The notes under the pieces are model-generated. The model was not told the DNA's origin. It saw nothing but the letters and a program-made list of their open reading frames with translations, and made no database searches. Positions 37,922-51,961 of a stretch of 64,000 bases of DNA are shown piece after piece; position 1 is the stretch's first letter; each line of letters begins with the position of its first letter. The stretch is from Octopus vulgaris (lineage: Eukaryota): positions 45,384,001-45,448,000 of the forward strand of contig OX597816.1 in the NCBI GenBank assembly GCA_951406725.2, read 5' to 3'. The translations under genes and the position numbers were made by a program.

Positions 37922-38199
37922 CAATCAGGACTCACGCCATTAGCCACAAAGAATAATCTCTAATTCGAGCCTACTCTAAGCTACTAAGAATGCGGGTGGC
38001 AACTTGAAGATCCACCCACCACACGCGATAGACTGGCGGTTGCACGGACGTGAAAGCTACGTTGTTATCCTCATTTCGTAAACGGTGGCTTTTTTAACGG
38101 GTGGAGAGCTGAACCATCCTGGGGTACAGAGGATTCGCAATCTAGACTAGGGTCTGAAAGATTACCACACTATAGTGGGTTACACCATGGTTCCTCTGC

Positions 38200-38403
38200 T
38201 TTGTGGCAGAAGTAGGAAGAAAGAGTGAGAGAAAGTTGTGGTGAAAGAGTACAGCGGGGTGCACCCCCGCCCCTCGCTGGAGCGTCGTGGAGCTTAGGTG
38301 TTTTTTCTCAATAAACACTCACAATGCCCGGTCTGGGAATCGAAACCGCTTTCTTACAACCGCGAATCTGCTACCCTAACCACTGGGCCATTGCGCTTCC
38401 ACT
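38200..38403 (-). mobile_element. tRNA-derived SINE (distinct family)
   Basis: Minus head TGGCCCAGTGGTTAGGG...GGTTTCGATTCCC. Confidence 0.65.
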
Positions 38404-39014
38404 ACACGTTGTTGTTGGTGGTGCTGCTGCTTTTGTTGTTAGTGTTGTTGCTACTGTGTCAAAAGCATTGGCAGTAATGGGATCTTCCTTTTCTTCTCTT
38501 TTGTTACTGATAGAAAACCCTTAGATGTCTTGTGTCACCGCATTAGTGACACCTAGGCGTTCTCTCTTAACCGCCATACACAATTGCAAGTCATCGGGCA
38601 TAGTTATCGGGTCTCAGGTGTCTTCCAAACTTTTCTTAATTTGTTTGGACCACTAGCTTCATCTCCGTATCCGACCATTTTTTTTTTTTTTTTGCCGCAT
38701 TTGCACTTTATAGCGCAAAATAGCTGCTACAAGCCAGGAGATACACATTTCTTGAATCACATCAACCACATTTATTGTTACCACTCTCCAGCCGAAGTAT
38801 ATTGTTATAAGAATTATCTTGTCCCTCTTTAGATATGGCACAGAATGCTTCTTGGGTTCCCTTTTAGTCAGAAGTTTTACCCTATATTTCCATCGAGCGA
38901 CGTGTGTTTTGGCACCCCAGAATGGTTTAAGACACTTTTCTGTTTGGTTCTATGTTGCTTGCTCTACTTTTCTGGACCTCTGTCCTACACACACACACAT
39001 GCACACGCACATGC

Positions 39015-39080
<66 letters not shown>

Positions 39081-39089
39081 ACACTTTTG

Positions 39090-39340
39090 GGTGTAGATGT
39101 GTGGTAAGCAGTTTGCTTCCCAAACACATGGTTCCAGGTTCAGTGCCACTGCATGGCACTTTGGACATGTATCTTCTGCTATAGACGTGGGTCGACTAAA
39201 GCCTTGTGAGTGGATTTGGTAGACGGAAACTAAAAGAAGCTCGTCGTATGTATGTATATATATATGTATGTGTGTGTATATGTGTTTATATTTTATCCCC
39301 CACCACCGCTTGACAACCAGTGTTCGTGTGATTACGCCAC
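39090..39340 (+). mobile_element. SINE family A (3'-truncated)
   Basis: Head and core match. Confidence 0.8.
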
Positions 39341-39419
39341 CGACTGAGATTGAAAAGATCCTTGAAATTTATAGAAAAGCAAAAGATAAAGCACAAGTGT
39401 ATGAACATCTAGCAGGTGT

Positions 39420-39545
39420 ATTAGTATGACGCTCGGAAAAATGAAAAAGTCCTTTACGTTTCGAGCCTACGCTCTTTAACAGAAAGGAATAAGAGAAAAT
39501 AAACAGAGAATGAAAAACGTGTAAATTTAGCGGAAAATCATAGCG
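39420..39545 (-). mobile_element. Degenerate hammerhead-bearing repeat related to the 19043 element
   Basis: 39487->39451: CCUUU-CUGUUAA-A-GAGC(GUAG)GCUC-GAAAC-GUA-AAGG; the core is damaged. Confidence 0.55.
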
Positions 39546-40566
39546 AATATATATACATATATGAGTGTGTGTATGTATGTATGTATGTATGTATGTATGT
39601 ATGTATGTATGTATGTATGTATGTATGTATGTATGGCATGTATGTATGTATGTATGCATGCACACACACGCACACATATATATATATATATATGCGTATG
39701 TGTGTGTGTGTGTGTGTGTGTATGTCCGTGCACACATGTATGTGTGTATGTGTATGTGTGTGTGTGTGTGTGTTTACTGCTTGTTTGTCTCTGCATCCTC
39801 CTGAGTATGTTGCAGTAAGCATAATGGTACAGTTATTCCATTCTGAGTTAGAAAATGTTCAGCAATAGAGAAATTGATTCTTGCATTTGAACAGTGATAA
39901 CAAAACCATTAACAGTTATTTTTGCTTGCCACGGCGCGCTGGTGTTTTATTAATGGTGCTAGTATTAATAACGGTCGTCGTGGTGGTTGAGTCTATAATG
40001 TTTGTTGCTGTGCTGTCGCTACCATTATATATATATATTTTTTCGTCGGTCTCATTATCAACTTTGTTGGTTGTAGTTGTTGTCGCTATCGCTATCTATT
40101 GCAGTGGTGGCGGTGGGAGAGCAGCAGCGGTACCGGTGACAGTGATGGCAGCGGCGGCGACGGTGGCGGCGGAGGCAGTGGCGGCAGCGGCGACCGGAAG
40201 GTGAGGTACAGATGATGGTGAGTGCGAGGGGCATATCGCCTGGGTTTGATGGTCTTACCGTACGAGCTTTATGGTTATCTGCCAGACTTATTTATCACAA
40301 TTGGTAGCAGACCTGGAACATTCCAAGTAGTGATAGCTGGGGGAAAAAAGTGGTATTGTTGACGAAGGACGCAAGCAACGGGCGGCGGAGGGCATCAGTG
40401 ACAATTACTGGCTTATAACTCCGCTGAACGCAAACTTTAAAATTTTGTTCAAGGCGCTTGCGAAGACGTTGGCAGTTACCGTCGAAAGTGTTGTCCCTAG
40501 CTCCAATTTTTATCTGATCTCTACTGCTAATATCCTCTGCGCGTACAGGTTGTCATATCGTGACGC

Positions 40567-40636
<70 letters not shown>

Positions 40637-40638
<2 letters not shown>

Positions 40639-40992
40639 CGGCAGATGACAACGTGTCTCTAAAAGAAATGGAGAAACTTTCAAAATACAAAGACCTGAAA
40701 ATAGAGGTAACCAGAATGTGGAATCTAAAAACAGAAACAATTCCTATCATTGTAGGTGCATTAGGCATGATAAAAAAATATTCAGACAAATACATAACAA
40801 AAACACCAGGACTTACAAACACATATAACACACAGAAAATTGCACTACTAGGCACTGCACACATCCTACGCAGAAAACTTTCCATACAATAACCATCAGA
40901 GCATCACAACAAATCACAGCACATACCTAAGGCACACAGAGCTGCGCTCGGTAGTGAAGTGAAAGCACGCTATAAAAATAAAACTACTGAAT
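40637..40992 (+). mobile_element. 5'-truncated R4/Dong-like LINE end flanked by (TAA)n on both sides
   Basis: IPADDNVSLKEMEKLSKYKDL...IPIIVGALG...QKIALLGTAHILRR; stop at 40892. Confidence 0.9.
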
Positions 40993-40993
40993 G

Positions 40994-41500
<507 letters not shown>

Positions 41501-42569
41501 GCTGAGGCTGCGGAATCTGCAGAGATTTCCGAACAGTGAGGCGATATAATCGCCGTTTGACAGACATGTCTTCCCACATCTCGTCTTTTTGACACTAATA
41601 CCGTTCTAGGTCAAACAAAGACCAAAATTGAGCACAAGGTAGCTGAATTATTGTCAGTTGTTCTCAGTTTTCTTCTTACCGTATAATGTTGTGAGCGATA
41701 CGCCTACCATCACATCATGTTGAGGATTAATAATGAGTAAAGGTGGCTACATCCTTGAGGATTCTCTAGACGTCGACAACATCAGCTGCGTAATATATTC
41801 CGGATGACTTTCGCACCGGAAACTATGAACGGCATTACATAATCTTTGGCAGGCAATGCAACATGGAAAAATTACTAGCTCGAAGCAAACCGTACAGATA
41901 CGGAACTGTTGCCAGCCGGACTTATTCGAGATGCACATTGAGCGACGAAACTTTTCTATGCACAACACTCATTCATTCAATGAATGAACTTTATTGATAT
42001 GTAGAGGTTGGTCGAACAGTAGCTGATGCATTTAAGGCAGATCCGGCTCTCAACAGAGTAGGATCGCTGCGATTTTGTTTGCAGTATCCGGTTCTCTTCA
42101 GATTTTCTACGTTTATTTAGCGTTGCATGCTGATTACGAAAATCATAATCATTTTGATACAAATTCATAATAAACTGGTAACAGGTATAGCTGTATGGTA
42201 TGAAGTTTGCTTCGCATATGATCCATTTCTTCTGGTATAGCCCCAGGTCGACCAAAGTCTTGTGAATGGATTTGATAGACAGAAAGTGAAAAAGGCTCGT
42301 TGTGTGTGTGTGTGTGTGTGTGTGCGCGCTTATGTTCCTTATGGATTCGAAAACTGAGATGCCGCTTTTAGCGTATGAGTTATCAAAATATTCAGTAATC
42401 TTTCGGCTACCAAATAAAGTTTATTTTCATTTCCATATTTGTATTACAAAAATTTAACATTATAAGTCTTTCTATAAGTCATCTATCGTAAATGACATTT
42501 TATACCACCACCACTACCATCACGACTTCACATTTTATATATGAGTGTGTCTGTCGGTGTGTGCAAACT

Positions 42570-45080
42570 TTAAATTATCAAGCAACTTGCAAAGATTCCA
42601 TGGACTCAAACAATCTATGCGAAGATTTCAAAACAAAGGTATATCAGGCTGCAAGTTCGTCAGTGGAATTCAAATCTCATAAATCCAGTGACTGGTTCTC
42701 AGATAGATCAGCAGAAATTCATGATCTACTTTTAGAAAAAAATTTAGGCAATACACTTCTTTCTCAGTCCTTGAACCCCAACTCAAACAAAACTTACAAA
42801 AAGCTGAAAAGGAAAGTGCAGACTTCTCTAAACAAGAAGCAGCAGATAGAAATTGTGCCAAGGGTTCGTACTCTTATGTTAAGAAGGTATATGACCCAAA
42901 ATCTTCCTCATTAGCTCCAGTGAGAACAGCAAATAGACGTTTTCTTCTGATTGATACCGCTTCTATTCATAAGCGTTTGGTAGAACATTTTTCTGCACTT
43001 TTGAATAGACCTTCAACCGTTGACAAAATTGAACACCTTCCAGTTATAGAAGAGATGGCATTTGAACCAACTCTAAATGACATTTATTTAGCTGTGAATA
43101 AACTGAAAAATAATAAGTCTCCAGGTTCTGATGAAATCTGTGCAGAAGTCTTGAAATATGGGGTGACAAAATGTTTGAACTCTTAAATATATTAATTTGT
43201 AACTGTTGGAGAACTGAGGATGTGCCTCAAGATTGGATTGATGCCATTTTAGTCTCCTTGTATAAATAGGGACCAAAGGATCTGTGGGATAATTTTCGTG
43301 GGATTTCGCTTTTGTCTGTGGTTGGAAAGGTACTTGCCTGCATTGTGTTAAAACTTTTCAATACCTTTATAGTTCCAAATATAGTGCCTGAGTCTCAGTG
43401 TGGTTTTTGTTCCTCCAGGGGCACAGCTAATTGTATCTTTACTATCAAACAATTACAAGAAAAGTGCATTGAACAGAATCTTGTTCTATACCATTCCTTT
43501 GTTGATTTGAGCAAAGCATTCGATACTTAATCGAAATGCTCTAAGGAAAATAGGTTGGCCAGAAAAATTTGTGAACATGGTCAGGGCTTTGCATCAAGAT
43601 ATGAAAGCTAGAGTTTATTTTGGTTGTAGGCTCTCTGAATCTTTTGCTGTGGAAAATGGAGTAAAGCAAGGAGACCTTGATGCACCCATCCTCTTTGCAA
43701 TATACTTTGCTGTTGTGTTGTCACATGCTTTTCAAAACTCTGAGGAGGGTATTTATATAAAATATCGAACATCAGGGAATGTTTTAATCTGACCAGATTG
43801 ACATTCAAAACGAAGGTTTTTACTTTACTCATTAGGGAACTTTTGTATGCTAACGATTGCAATCTTGTCAGTCATTCTGAAACAGGTCTGCAATCTCTTG
43901 TATCTGCATTTGACTCAGCTTGTGATGATTTTGGGTTGACCATCAACTTAAAAAAAACAAAAACAGTTGTAATGCATCAACCTGCGTGTGGTGCTGTTTG
44001 TAAACCCGCTAAAATTTTTGTTATGGGAAAGTTACTTGAGGTTACCGATTCGTTCGTCTACATTGGAAGCTCTGTTCAAAATGCTGTAAATCTTGATACA
44101 GAAATACAGCTGCGAATTCATAGGGCAGTAAAAGCATTTGGTGGCTTGGAGTCACGCGTTTGGTGCCAGCGACATATAAATAAGAATACAAAGCTGGCTC
44201 TTTACAAATCATTTGTCTTACCATCCCTGTTGTATTCCTGTGAAACTTGGACTTGTTATGAAAGGCATTTTAAACTGTTAGAACAATTCCGCCAAAAATG
44301 CTTTCATTGCATTTTAAAAATTAAAAGGAGTTCTTTTACTCCATTCACAGATGTCCTTGCATCTGCAGGCATCACCGCAATTAAAGCTATGATTTTGAGG
44401 AACCAACTGAGATGGAGTGGCCATATTGTTCGAATGGCAGATGAACGCATGCCGAAACAGCTGTTTTATGGTGAGCTTGCAGAGGGGAAACGCTATCGGC
44501 GTAAACCTAAAACAAATATTTAAGGACGGCGTAAGGCCTACTATGAAGTCACTTGGAATGGTTCCAGAAGATATAGAAACCCTTGCTTCGGATCGAGTTA
44601 GATGGCGAACAAAGGTGTGGAGTGGAGTGAAAGCATTTGAAGAGGCCAGGATAACACAAGTAAGACTTAAAAGAGATCTAAGGAAGAATATAACGATCGA
44701 GAAGGTGAATGACAATGACCTTTTCCTGTGCACAGTCTGTGACAGATCATGCCTTTCTTTTGCTGGCCTCAAATCTCATCTGCGAACGCATGGAAAACGA
44801 ACCTCCACCAACTATTCTGCCTATATGTCTGTGCACACTTTTGAATGCAGTGTATGCCAGAAATTCTGCAAATCCAACGGAGGCCTCAAAAGACATGTTA
44901 AGATCCACAAAGATCAGAACTTATCTGCAAGTTTAGGTGGTCCAAATCAGAGGTGCAATCTGTGTGTGTCTCTTTTCAGAACATTGTCTGGCTTGAAATT
45001 CCACATCAGACGCCATGATGGTGCTAAGGGGTAGGTACAGGAGGTGGTCAAACTCTGCATAAGGAGTAGACAACCACCAT
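42570..45080 (+). mobile_element. RTE-clade LINE (5'-truncated, frameshifted) with RT and three C-terminal C2H2 zinc fingers
   Basis: KSPGSDEI.AE, NFRGISLLS, PESQCGF, FVDLSKAFD, GVKQG, YAND (YADD), LLYSCETW, LRWSGHIVRM; CxxC...HxxxH x3 in ORF 44417-45034; tail runs into (ATGT)n. Confidence 0.92.
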
Positions 45081-45098
45081 GTATGTATGTATGCATAT

Positions 45099-45398
45099 GT
45101 GCAGATTTTTATGTTTTGCTTTATGTATGTATTCTCATGCATTTAGTTGCATATCTAGACATACTCATATAAACTTAAATGATAAACTTCTGTAAAGTTT
45201 TACCGAATTTTACAGTTCCAGAGATGGGTTGGATCTGTAGTCTCCGAATCAGCCTTCTCTTTTCTGGTTTTGAGAAGCCGAATTTCTCAAGGTTGGTATT
45301 TAGGCAGTGTGTTACAGATGTATGTATGTATGTATGTATGTATGTATGTATGTATGTATGTATGTATGTATGTATGTATGTATGTATGTATGTGTGTA

Positions 45399-45431
<33 letters not shown>

Positions 45432-45775
45432 ATGTATGTATGTATGTATGTATGTATGTATGTATGTATGTATGTATGTATGTGTGCAGATATGTATGCT
45501 TTGTTTTATGTATGTATTCTCATGCATATAGTTGCATATCTAGACATACTCATATAAACTTAAATGAGAAACTTCTGGAAAGTTTTACAGAATTTTACAG
45601 TTCCAGAGATGGGTTGGATCTGTAGTCTCCGAATCAGCCTTCTACTTTCTGGTTTTGAGAAGCCGAATTTCTCAAGGTTGGTATTTAGGCAGTGTGTTAC
45701 AGATGTATGTATGTATGTATGTATGTATGTATGTATGTATGTATGTATGTATGTATGTATGTATGTATGTGTGTA

Positions 45776-45806
<31 letters not shown>

Positions 45807-46056
45807 ATGTATGTATATATGTATGTATGTATGTATGTGTGCAGATATGTATGCTTTGTTTTATGTATGTATTCTCATGCATATAGTTGCATATCTAGAC
45901 ATACTCATATAAACTTAAATGAGAAACTTCTGGAAAGTTTTACAGAATTTTACAGTTCCAGAGATGGGTTGGATCTGTAGTCTCCGAATCAGCCTTCTAC
46001 TTTCTGGTTTTGAGAAGCTTAATTTCTCATGGTTGGTATTTAGGCAGTGTGTTACA
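45099..46056 (-). repeat. Three tandem copies of an RLE-LINE-like 3' end separated by (TATG)n
   Basis: About 220-bp cores at about 45099, 45484 and 45839; minus frame of copy 2 VTHCLNTNLEKFGFSKPESRRLIRRLQIQPISGTVKFCKTFQKFLI*. Confidence 0.8.
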
Positions 46057-46551
46057 CTTGCATGTGTGTATGTATGTATGTATGTATGTATGTATGTATG
46101 TATGTGTGCATATGTGTTAAATTTTGTTTTCTATATATTTTCATCATATTTTAATCTACTCTACCATATTTTTTTTTCATTTTCCTTATAAGGATCCAAG
46201 CCTATAGTTACTAAACTTCGACTTTGCTTTATCCACTACAAGCTTAGCTTATCACTTTACTTAAAAACTAATCCTTTCTTTTTCGTTTTTTTAAAATTTC
46301 AACAGCTTGGTAAGCTTTGACTGACTGAAACAATATATTCTAGATTCTTTTCAAAACGTATTTCAACTCAGTTGTAAATACTTCGACTACTCAATTTTAA
46401 TTTGCGGCCAAATTATTTCTTGACTTAACACGTTGGGAAAACATGTGTCGTGTGGAGGGGGGGGCAAAGATGTCGAGATTGTCAGGAAGATAAAGAAAAC
46501 CTTGTGAGTGGATTTGGTAGACGGAAACTAAAGAGGTTCGTCCTATATATG

Positions 46552-47056
46552 TACAGTAATGCCTCGATATACGAGCTAACTTGCTCCCGGAGGTCGCTCG
46601 TAAAGTGAAAACTCGTAAAGCAGAGCAATCATTTCCTTTAGTAGCAATGTTATAAATCGTAATTAGTTCCAAAAAAAATATTTTACCTGTAAATAAATGG
46701 CAACAAATCTGAATGTAAACAATATTTTATGTAAAGTAAAAAGATTGTCAAGATAGTTTATAATAAAAAATATTATCATTGTTATCGTTTTCTGAATCAC
46801 TTTCACTCGCACTAGACTCGTGCACAGCATCTCACTTGTAGACGAGATCACCGATTCACAAGCACTCGTAGACGGACTTGTAGATTTCTTTTTTAAAAAA
46901 CAAGTCTGCTTAGAAGAAACTTTTTTCCGCTCTCTATAAATTTCTCGGTAACATGCAGAAGCATCTGTTATGGTAGTAGAAACTTTTGGACTTCGTCCAA
47001 AATTTGGATCTTGCGCTTGAAAAATCGGATCTTTGTGAAGTTAGGTATTACTTTAT
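46552..47056. mobile_element. Tigger/pogo-like MITE inserted in a SINE A copy
   Basis: TA|CAGTAATGCCTCG left end, imperfect inverted AGGTATTACTT|TA right end; SINE A halves at 46495-46550 and 47060-47240. Confidence 0.55.
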
Positions 47057-47422
47057 ATATCTGTGTGCCTTGTAAGTTTGTGCTTGCTTAAATCGTATTC
47101 CTATAGCCGTTTGACAACCGGTGATGGTTTATTTATACCTCCATAACTTAGCGGTTCTTCATAAAAGACGATGGAATAAGTACCTGGCTTAAAATATAAG
47201 TGCGGGGCTTGATTTGTTGTCGTAAACGTCGCCCTAAAATAACGGAATGGTCCTGGCTAGTATACTCTTTGAGGAGAGGTCAGTTCGATTACGATTGCCT
47301 GGTGGAAGGAAGTCAGCCTCAGGTCGAAGAATTCGCCCAAGTACTCCCAACAGAGTGGATTTTGGTAAAGGCTTTCATCATATGGCGGTGTTATATCGGG
47401 CGTTAAGTTCTATAGTAGTATG

Positions 47423-47800
47423 TAAGGCGGTGAGCTGGCAGAATCGTTAGCACGCCTTCAAATTCCGCCGAGGTCGACTTTGCCTTTCATTCTTTCGGGG
47501 TCGATAAATTAAGTACCAGTTGCGTACTGGGATCGATCTAATTGACTGGCTGGCCTCCTCCCCAAGTATTTCGGGCTTTGTGCTTAGAGTAGAAAAGAAG
47601 CACACCGAACAAAATGCTGAGCGACATTTCGTTCGTCTTTACGTTCTCACTTCACATTCCGCCGAGGTCGACTTTGCCTTTTATCCCTTTTGTGTGTCGA
47701 TGAAATAAGAACCAGTTACGCACTGGCGTCGATTTTATCGATTAGCCCCCCCCCCCCCTCCCCAAAATTTCAGGCCTTGTGCCTATAAGAGAAAGGATTA
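47423..47800 (+). mobile_element. Two adjacent SINE family B copies
   Basis: CCGCCGAGGTCGACTTTGCCTTT occurs twice. Confidence 0.8.
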
Positions 47801-48640
47801 TATAGTAGTGTGTTGATAGAATCGTTAGAACGATGGGGAAAATTGTCATGTAATATCTAATTATACCTCGTAACGTTAATTAGAATTAATCAAAATTAAT
47901 AAGATTCATACATCTCATTCCAATTTATTAATTTTTAGCTTCTCAACCACTTCTTTCACACATTCTTAATCCCTCTCTTTCCCTCTCTCCCTCTCCTTCT
48001 CTTTCCCTATCTCCCTCTCTCCCTCTCCTTCTCTTTCCATATCTCCCTCTCCCTCTCTTCCTCCCTCTCTCTTAATCTCTCTCTCTCTTTCTTTCTTTCC
48101 CTCTCTCTCCAGCCCTCTCTGTTTTTCTCTCGTTATCAAAGTTTTTCTGTTGTGAAGTTCCATATTTAAAGGTTTTGCATCAGATCTGAAAAAAAAAAAT
48201 GAACTTTTTTTTTTTTTTAGAAATAAATAAATATTAATATTCTAGAGATGTCTTGATGTTAAAAGGGCAAAGCTGGTTGGTGTGGGGAGGATAATATTTC
48301 AATAATACAGGAAATAAAGTAAAATGAAATATTAAATATTTGAAGTCGATGATTACTTTACGATCTGCTTCTTGTAATTGAAAATATATCAATGAAACAT
48401 ATAAACAAACAGTGCGAATGTTTAATAGATAAATAAATAAATAAATAATGATTTTTCATATAGCTCACAAGACAACACAAACGCATATAGATAATCGATA
48501 AAATCGATCTGGTAATTTTTATGGACTCCAGAAGGATTCAAAGCAAACTCAACTTCGGTAGATAGGGCTTGAGCTCAGGATGAAGAGGGTTTAAACAGAA
48601 TATGATCGGTTAAGCTGTAGGCAGTTCACAGTTCTCATAA

Positions 48641-48940
48641 TCTATATATATAAAACTGAGAACGTGTGTCGCTCTGTCTGTCTGTCTCTGTGTCTGTATG
48701 TGTGCATCCCTAAAACTCAAGAACTACCCGACCGATTTCATTCAAATTTTACACATGTCTTACTTAGGGTCCATAGAGTGTTATAGGCCAAAACATTTTC
48801 AACCTCTTGCCTAATGCGAGCCCGGAGCAATCTCCTATCTCTTACACTATTTCGGTAATATATGTCAAAAGTGAAACAATAACATCTCTATTGTAATGTG
48901 ATATAATAGTTTCACTATTATATGGTTTCAATTTGAGTTA
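48641..48940 (+). mobile_element. Non-autonomous Helitron 5' region
   Basis: A|TCTATATATATAAAACTGAG, (CTGT)n, ACCGATTTCATTCAAATTT; copy at 21715. Confidence 0.7.
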
Positions 48941-48994
48941 GTTTCACTATGTATTTATATACATGTTTGTATATGTATATATTTTATATACATA

Positions 48995-49954
48995 CATAAA
49001 GTGTTTGAAAAAGTTTGATATCATTTTGCAGTTCAATGTTCAAGAGACTTGCCAGTTCTTGTTCAAATGACTTCAAATTTTAACAGCATGTGTAGAAACC
49101 GAACAAAATTTCATGTTTAATGTTCGATATGTTTATCTTTTCAGATATAGAAATGGCATTCACTGGAAGAGAAAAGGCGTTTTGTGTGTTGGAGTAAGCT
49201 CGAAGACAGTCGAACGAGACTGTGCAGCGTGCATTTGTGACAGAGTTCTCTAAAACGTCACCAATGGCAATGTAGATTTGAACATGGCAAAAAAATTCAA
49301 AGAGGAAGGCTGTCTGTGCAGGGCAAAAGGATCTGGACGACTACTAACATCGGAAGAGACGGTCGAGTGGGTTCGCCAAAAACTCTTTTGAAGCCCCAAG
49401 AAGTCTATAAGAAGAACAAATCTGGAAATCCAGATTCTTCCAACGACAGTTTGGCGCGTCCTGAAGAAACGCTTGCTAATGAAACCTTACAAGCTGCAGC
49501 TCGTTAAGGCCATAACGGCAGACGGCAAGTGAAAGCGCAAATAATTCTGTGTTGATATGCAAGAGGAACTTGAAGAAGCCGAATTCAAGGAACATCTTGT
49601 TGTCAGTGATGAGGCCAGATTTCATACGAATGGCAAAGTCAATAAACATAAAGTTCGCATTTGGGGTGAAGAGAGTCCCCATGCCATAGTTGAGCATGAG
49701 AGAAACTTACCAAAAGTGAATGCGTTCTGCGCCATCTCCAAGAAGCATCTTCATAGCCCGTTTTTCTTTGAGTGAAATGTGACCGGCGATGTGAAATCGT
49801 TCATGGAATGCACATAGCTTTGAATTTCTAATTCAAATTTGGAGGAATAACTCTTATGTTGCTCAACATTAATCCTGTTTAGTTTCATTTGCTTTGACTA
49901 TGTAGTTTCTGTGATATTTACATCCCAAATTATATCAAATTTTTTAAAACACCC

Positions 49955-49958
<4 letters not shown>
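48995..49958 (+). mobile_element. Internally deleted Tc1/mariner transposon
   Basis: About 30-bp TIRs (GTGTTTGAAAAAGTTTGATATC / TATATCAAATTTTTTAAAACACCCTA); ATG 49153, MAFTGREKAFCV..., KPYKLQLV, VVSDEARFH, PFFFE. Confidence 0.85.
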
Positions 49959-50032
<74 letters not shown>

Positions 50033-50080
50033 AATATATACACATACATATATATATATATGTGTATATATATATGTATG

Positions 50081-50631
50081 TCAGGTCGCTTTCGAGTGCT
50101 ACTGGTAACATGTAACCCAGTACAACATGTTGCATGGTCGGGACGTCGGCGACTAAACCGGCCACCCAACCATGCTTGCTTGGTGATGAGGGTGTTTATT
50201 GGACACCCTGCGGGATGAAAAACAAAACCCGTCAAAGGGCGGAGGAACTCTTGAGAGTCAACGGCCATCCAATAAATGTCTTAAGGATGTATCATGCGCG
50301 GGGGCATAGAAATAATCGGACTGAATACCCGATCGCGCGGTTAAACCATTGGGAGTGAAGGACTCCTAGCCTTTGTTAGGGCACCCTTCTAGGAGAAGGT
50401 AACTCAGGTAACTGGGATAACTCCGACATAAAACCTGCGGCTCAGTGGTTACCGATGATGTTGACTTGTTCTTCTTTTCGGATTATGACTGCTGTTGCTT
50501 AGTGAGTGAGATTGACTCAGTGCATAGCCTTTCCTCACTTTAAAAAAAATCTTCTTGCACAGGCATTGCACGATAACAACATTGATTAAGCTTCGTGCAA
50601 TGGCCATACGCGATAACGAGGGGGCAGCCAC

Positions 50632-50632
<1 letters not shown>
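50081..50632. mobile_element. Structured GC-richer element in (TA)n; probable RTE 5'-UTR-derived non-autonomous element
   Basis: CTAGGAGAAGGTAACTC resembles an RTE 5' UTR motif (recalled); several hairpins; no ORF. Confidence 0.45.
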
Positions 50633-50672
<40 letters not shown>

Positions 50673-50696
50673 GTATATATGTATATATATATATGT

Positions 50697-50746
<50 letters not shown>

Positions 50747-50869
50747 CATATATATATATACATATACATATATATACATATACATATATATATATATACA
50801 TATACATATATATATATATACATATACATATATATATATATACATATACATATATATATACATATATAC

Positions 50870-50918
<49 letters not shown>

Positions 50919-51000
50919 TACATATATATACATATATATATATATACATGTATATATTTATATCTTTGTATATATATAAATACACACACACACACACACA

Positions 51001-51056
<56 letters not shown>

Positions 51057-51179
51057 GTGACCCAGCAATAACATTTGCTAAGGGGGTGCAAACCCAGGTC
51101 CTAATTTTTTAATGAAAAATGTGAATTTTTCCAATGTTAACATTAAAACAAATGCAGGTATAACAATAATTTTTATTAT

Positions 51180-51660
51180 TATGACGATCGGCTGAAATGT
51201 TCATAATCTGAGCAAGACACTCTCAATGGAATGTGACCAAATGAAGTTCATTTTCTAACATAGTTCCTCTTACTGTCCACACACTTCCATTAGTAGTTGC
51301 AGTGCTTTTCTGTTGATCAAAATGGTCATCAACAACAGATAAGATGTTCTCATCATAGTGATACTGGTGCTCAGCTGAGTGTTTTTCTATGTTGGGAAAC
51401 AGATGATAACCAGAAGGAACCAAATCACTAACATAGGGAGGATGATCAACCAGTTCAAAGCCAGTCACATACAGCAGCCATTGAAACCAAGGACTTGTGT
51501 GCTGAAGCATTGTCCTAATGAAACAAGACCCCATTCATCAGTTTTTCTGGGTGTTTGGTCTTGATAGCCTTTCATAACTGCCTTAGGAAGTTGGTATTGA
51601 AATTTTCCATTGATGGTGTGATCATTTTGAAGATAGCCAATAAACACAATATGTTTTGCA
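51180..51660 (-). mobile_element. Mariner 3' remnant
   Basis: DNA.AHKS, GFELVDHPPYVSDLVPSGYHLFP. Confidence 0.8.
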
Positions 51661-51961
51661 TTAATGCATAGAATATATAATAATGTGAAGTATATGTTGC
51701 ATATTAAAATGTTTAATTTTGGAAATGTATCAAGCAGAGCTAAAATAAGCAGTAAAAATACAAATTGCAAGTATTTCAAAATGTGGGACACTACATGACA
51801 AAAACTAACAAAAAACGGAAGAAAATAGTGGTGTTTGTGTTCCAAAGGTACAATGAGAAGGATAGAGAGATGGGGTAGAAGGAAGGAAGTTAGAAGGTAT
51901 GAAAAGAATGAAAAGTGAAAAGATAAACTGGGGATCTGAAATGAGTACTAGGCAGGAAATT

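Noticed and set aside
36421-37963. About 500-aa poly-K, poly-F and poly-S ORFs
   Set aside because: Stop-free frames of the (CTT)n microsatellite
40095-40206. GC-rich Ala/Gly-coding stretch ending in the donor-like AAG|GTGAGG
   Set aside because: Degenerate (GGC/GCA)n microsatellite with no clear acceptor or start
44709-45034. Host C2H2 zinc-finger gene
   Set aside because: Continuous with the RTE ORF, lacks TGEKP linkers, and is followed by the LINE tail
45099-46056. Repeat-spacer pattern resembling a CRISPR array (also 63259-63810)
   Set aside because: Repeats are 184-220 bp retroelement pieces, spacers are microsatellite or absent, there are no cas genes, and the context is eukaryotic
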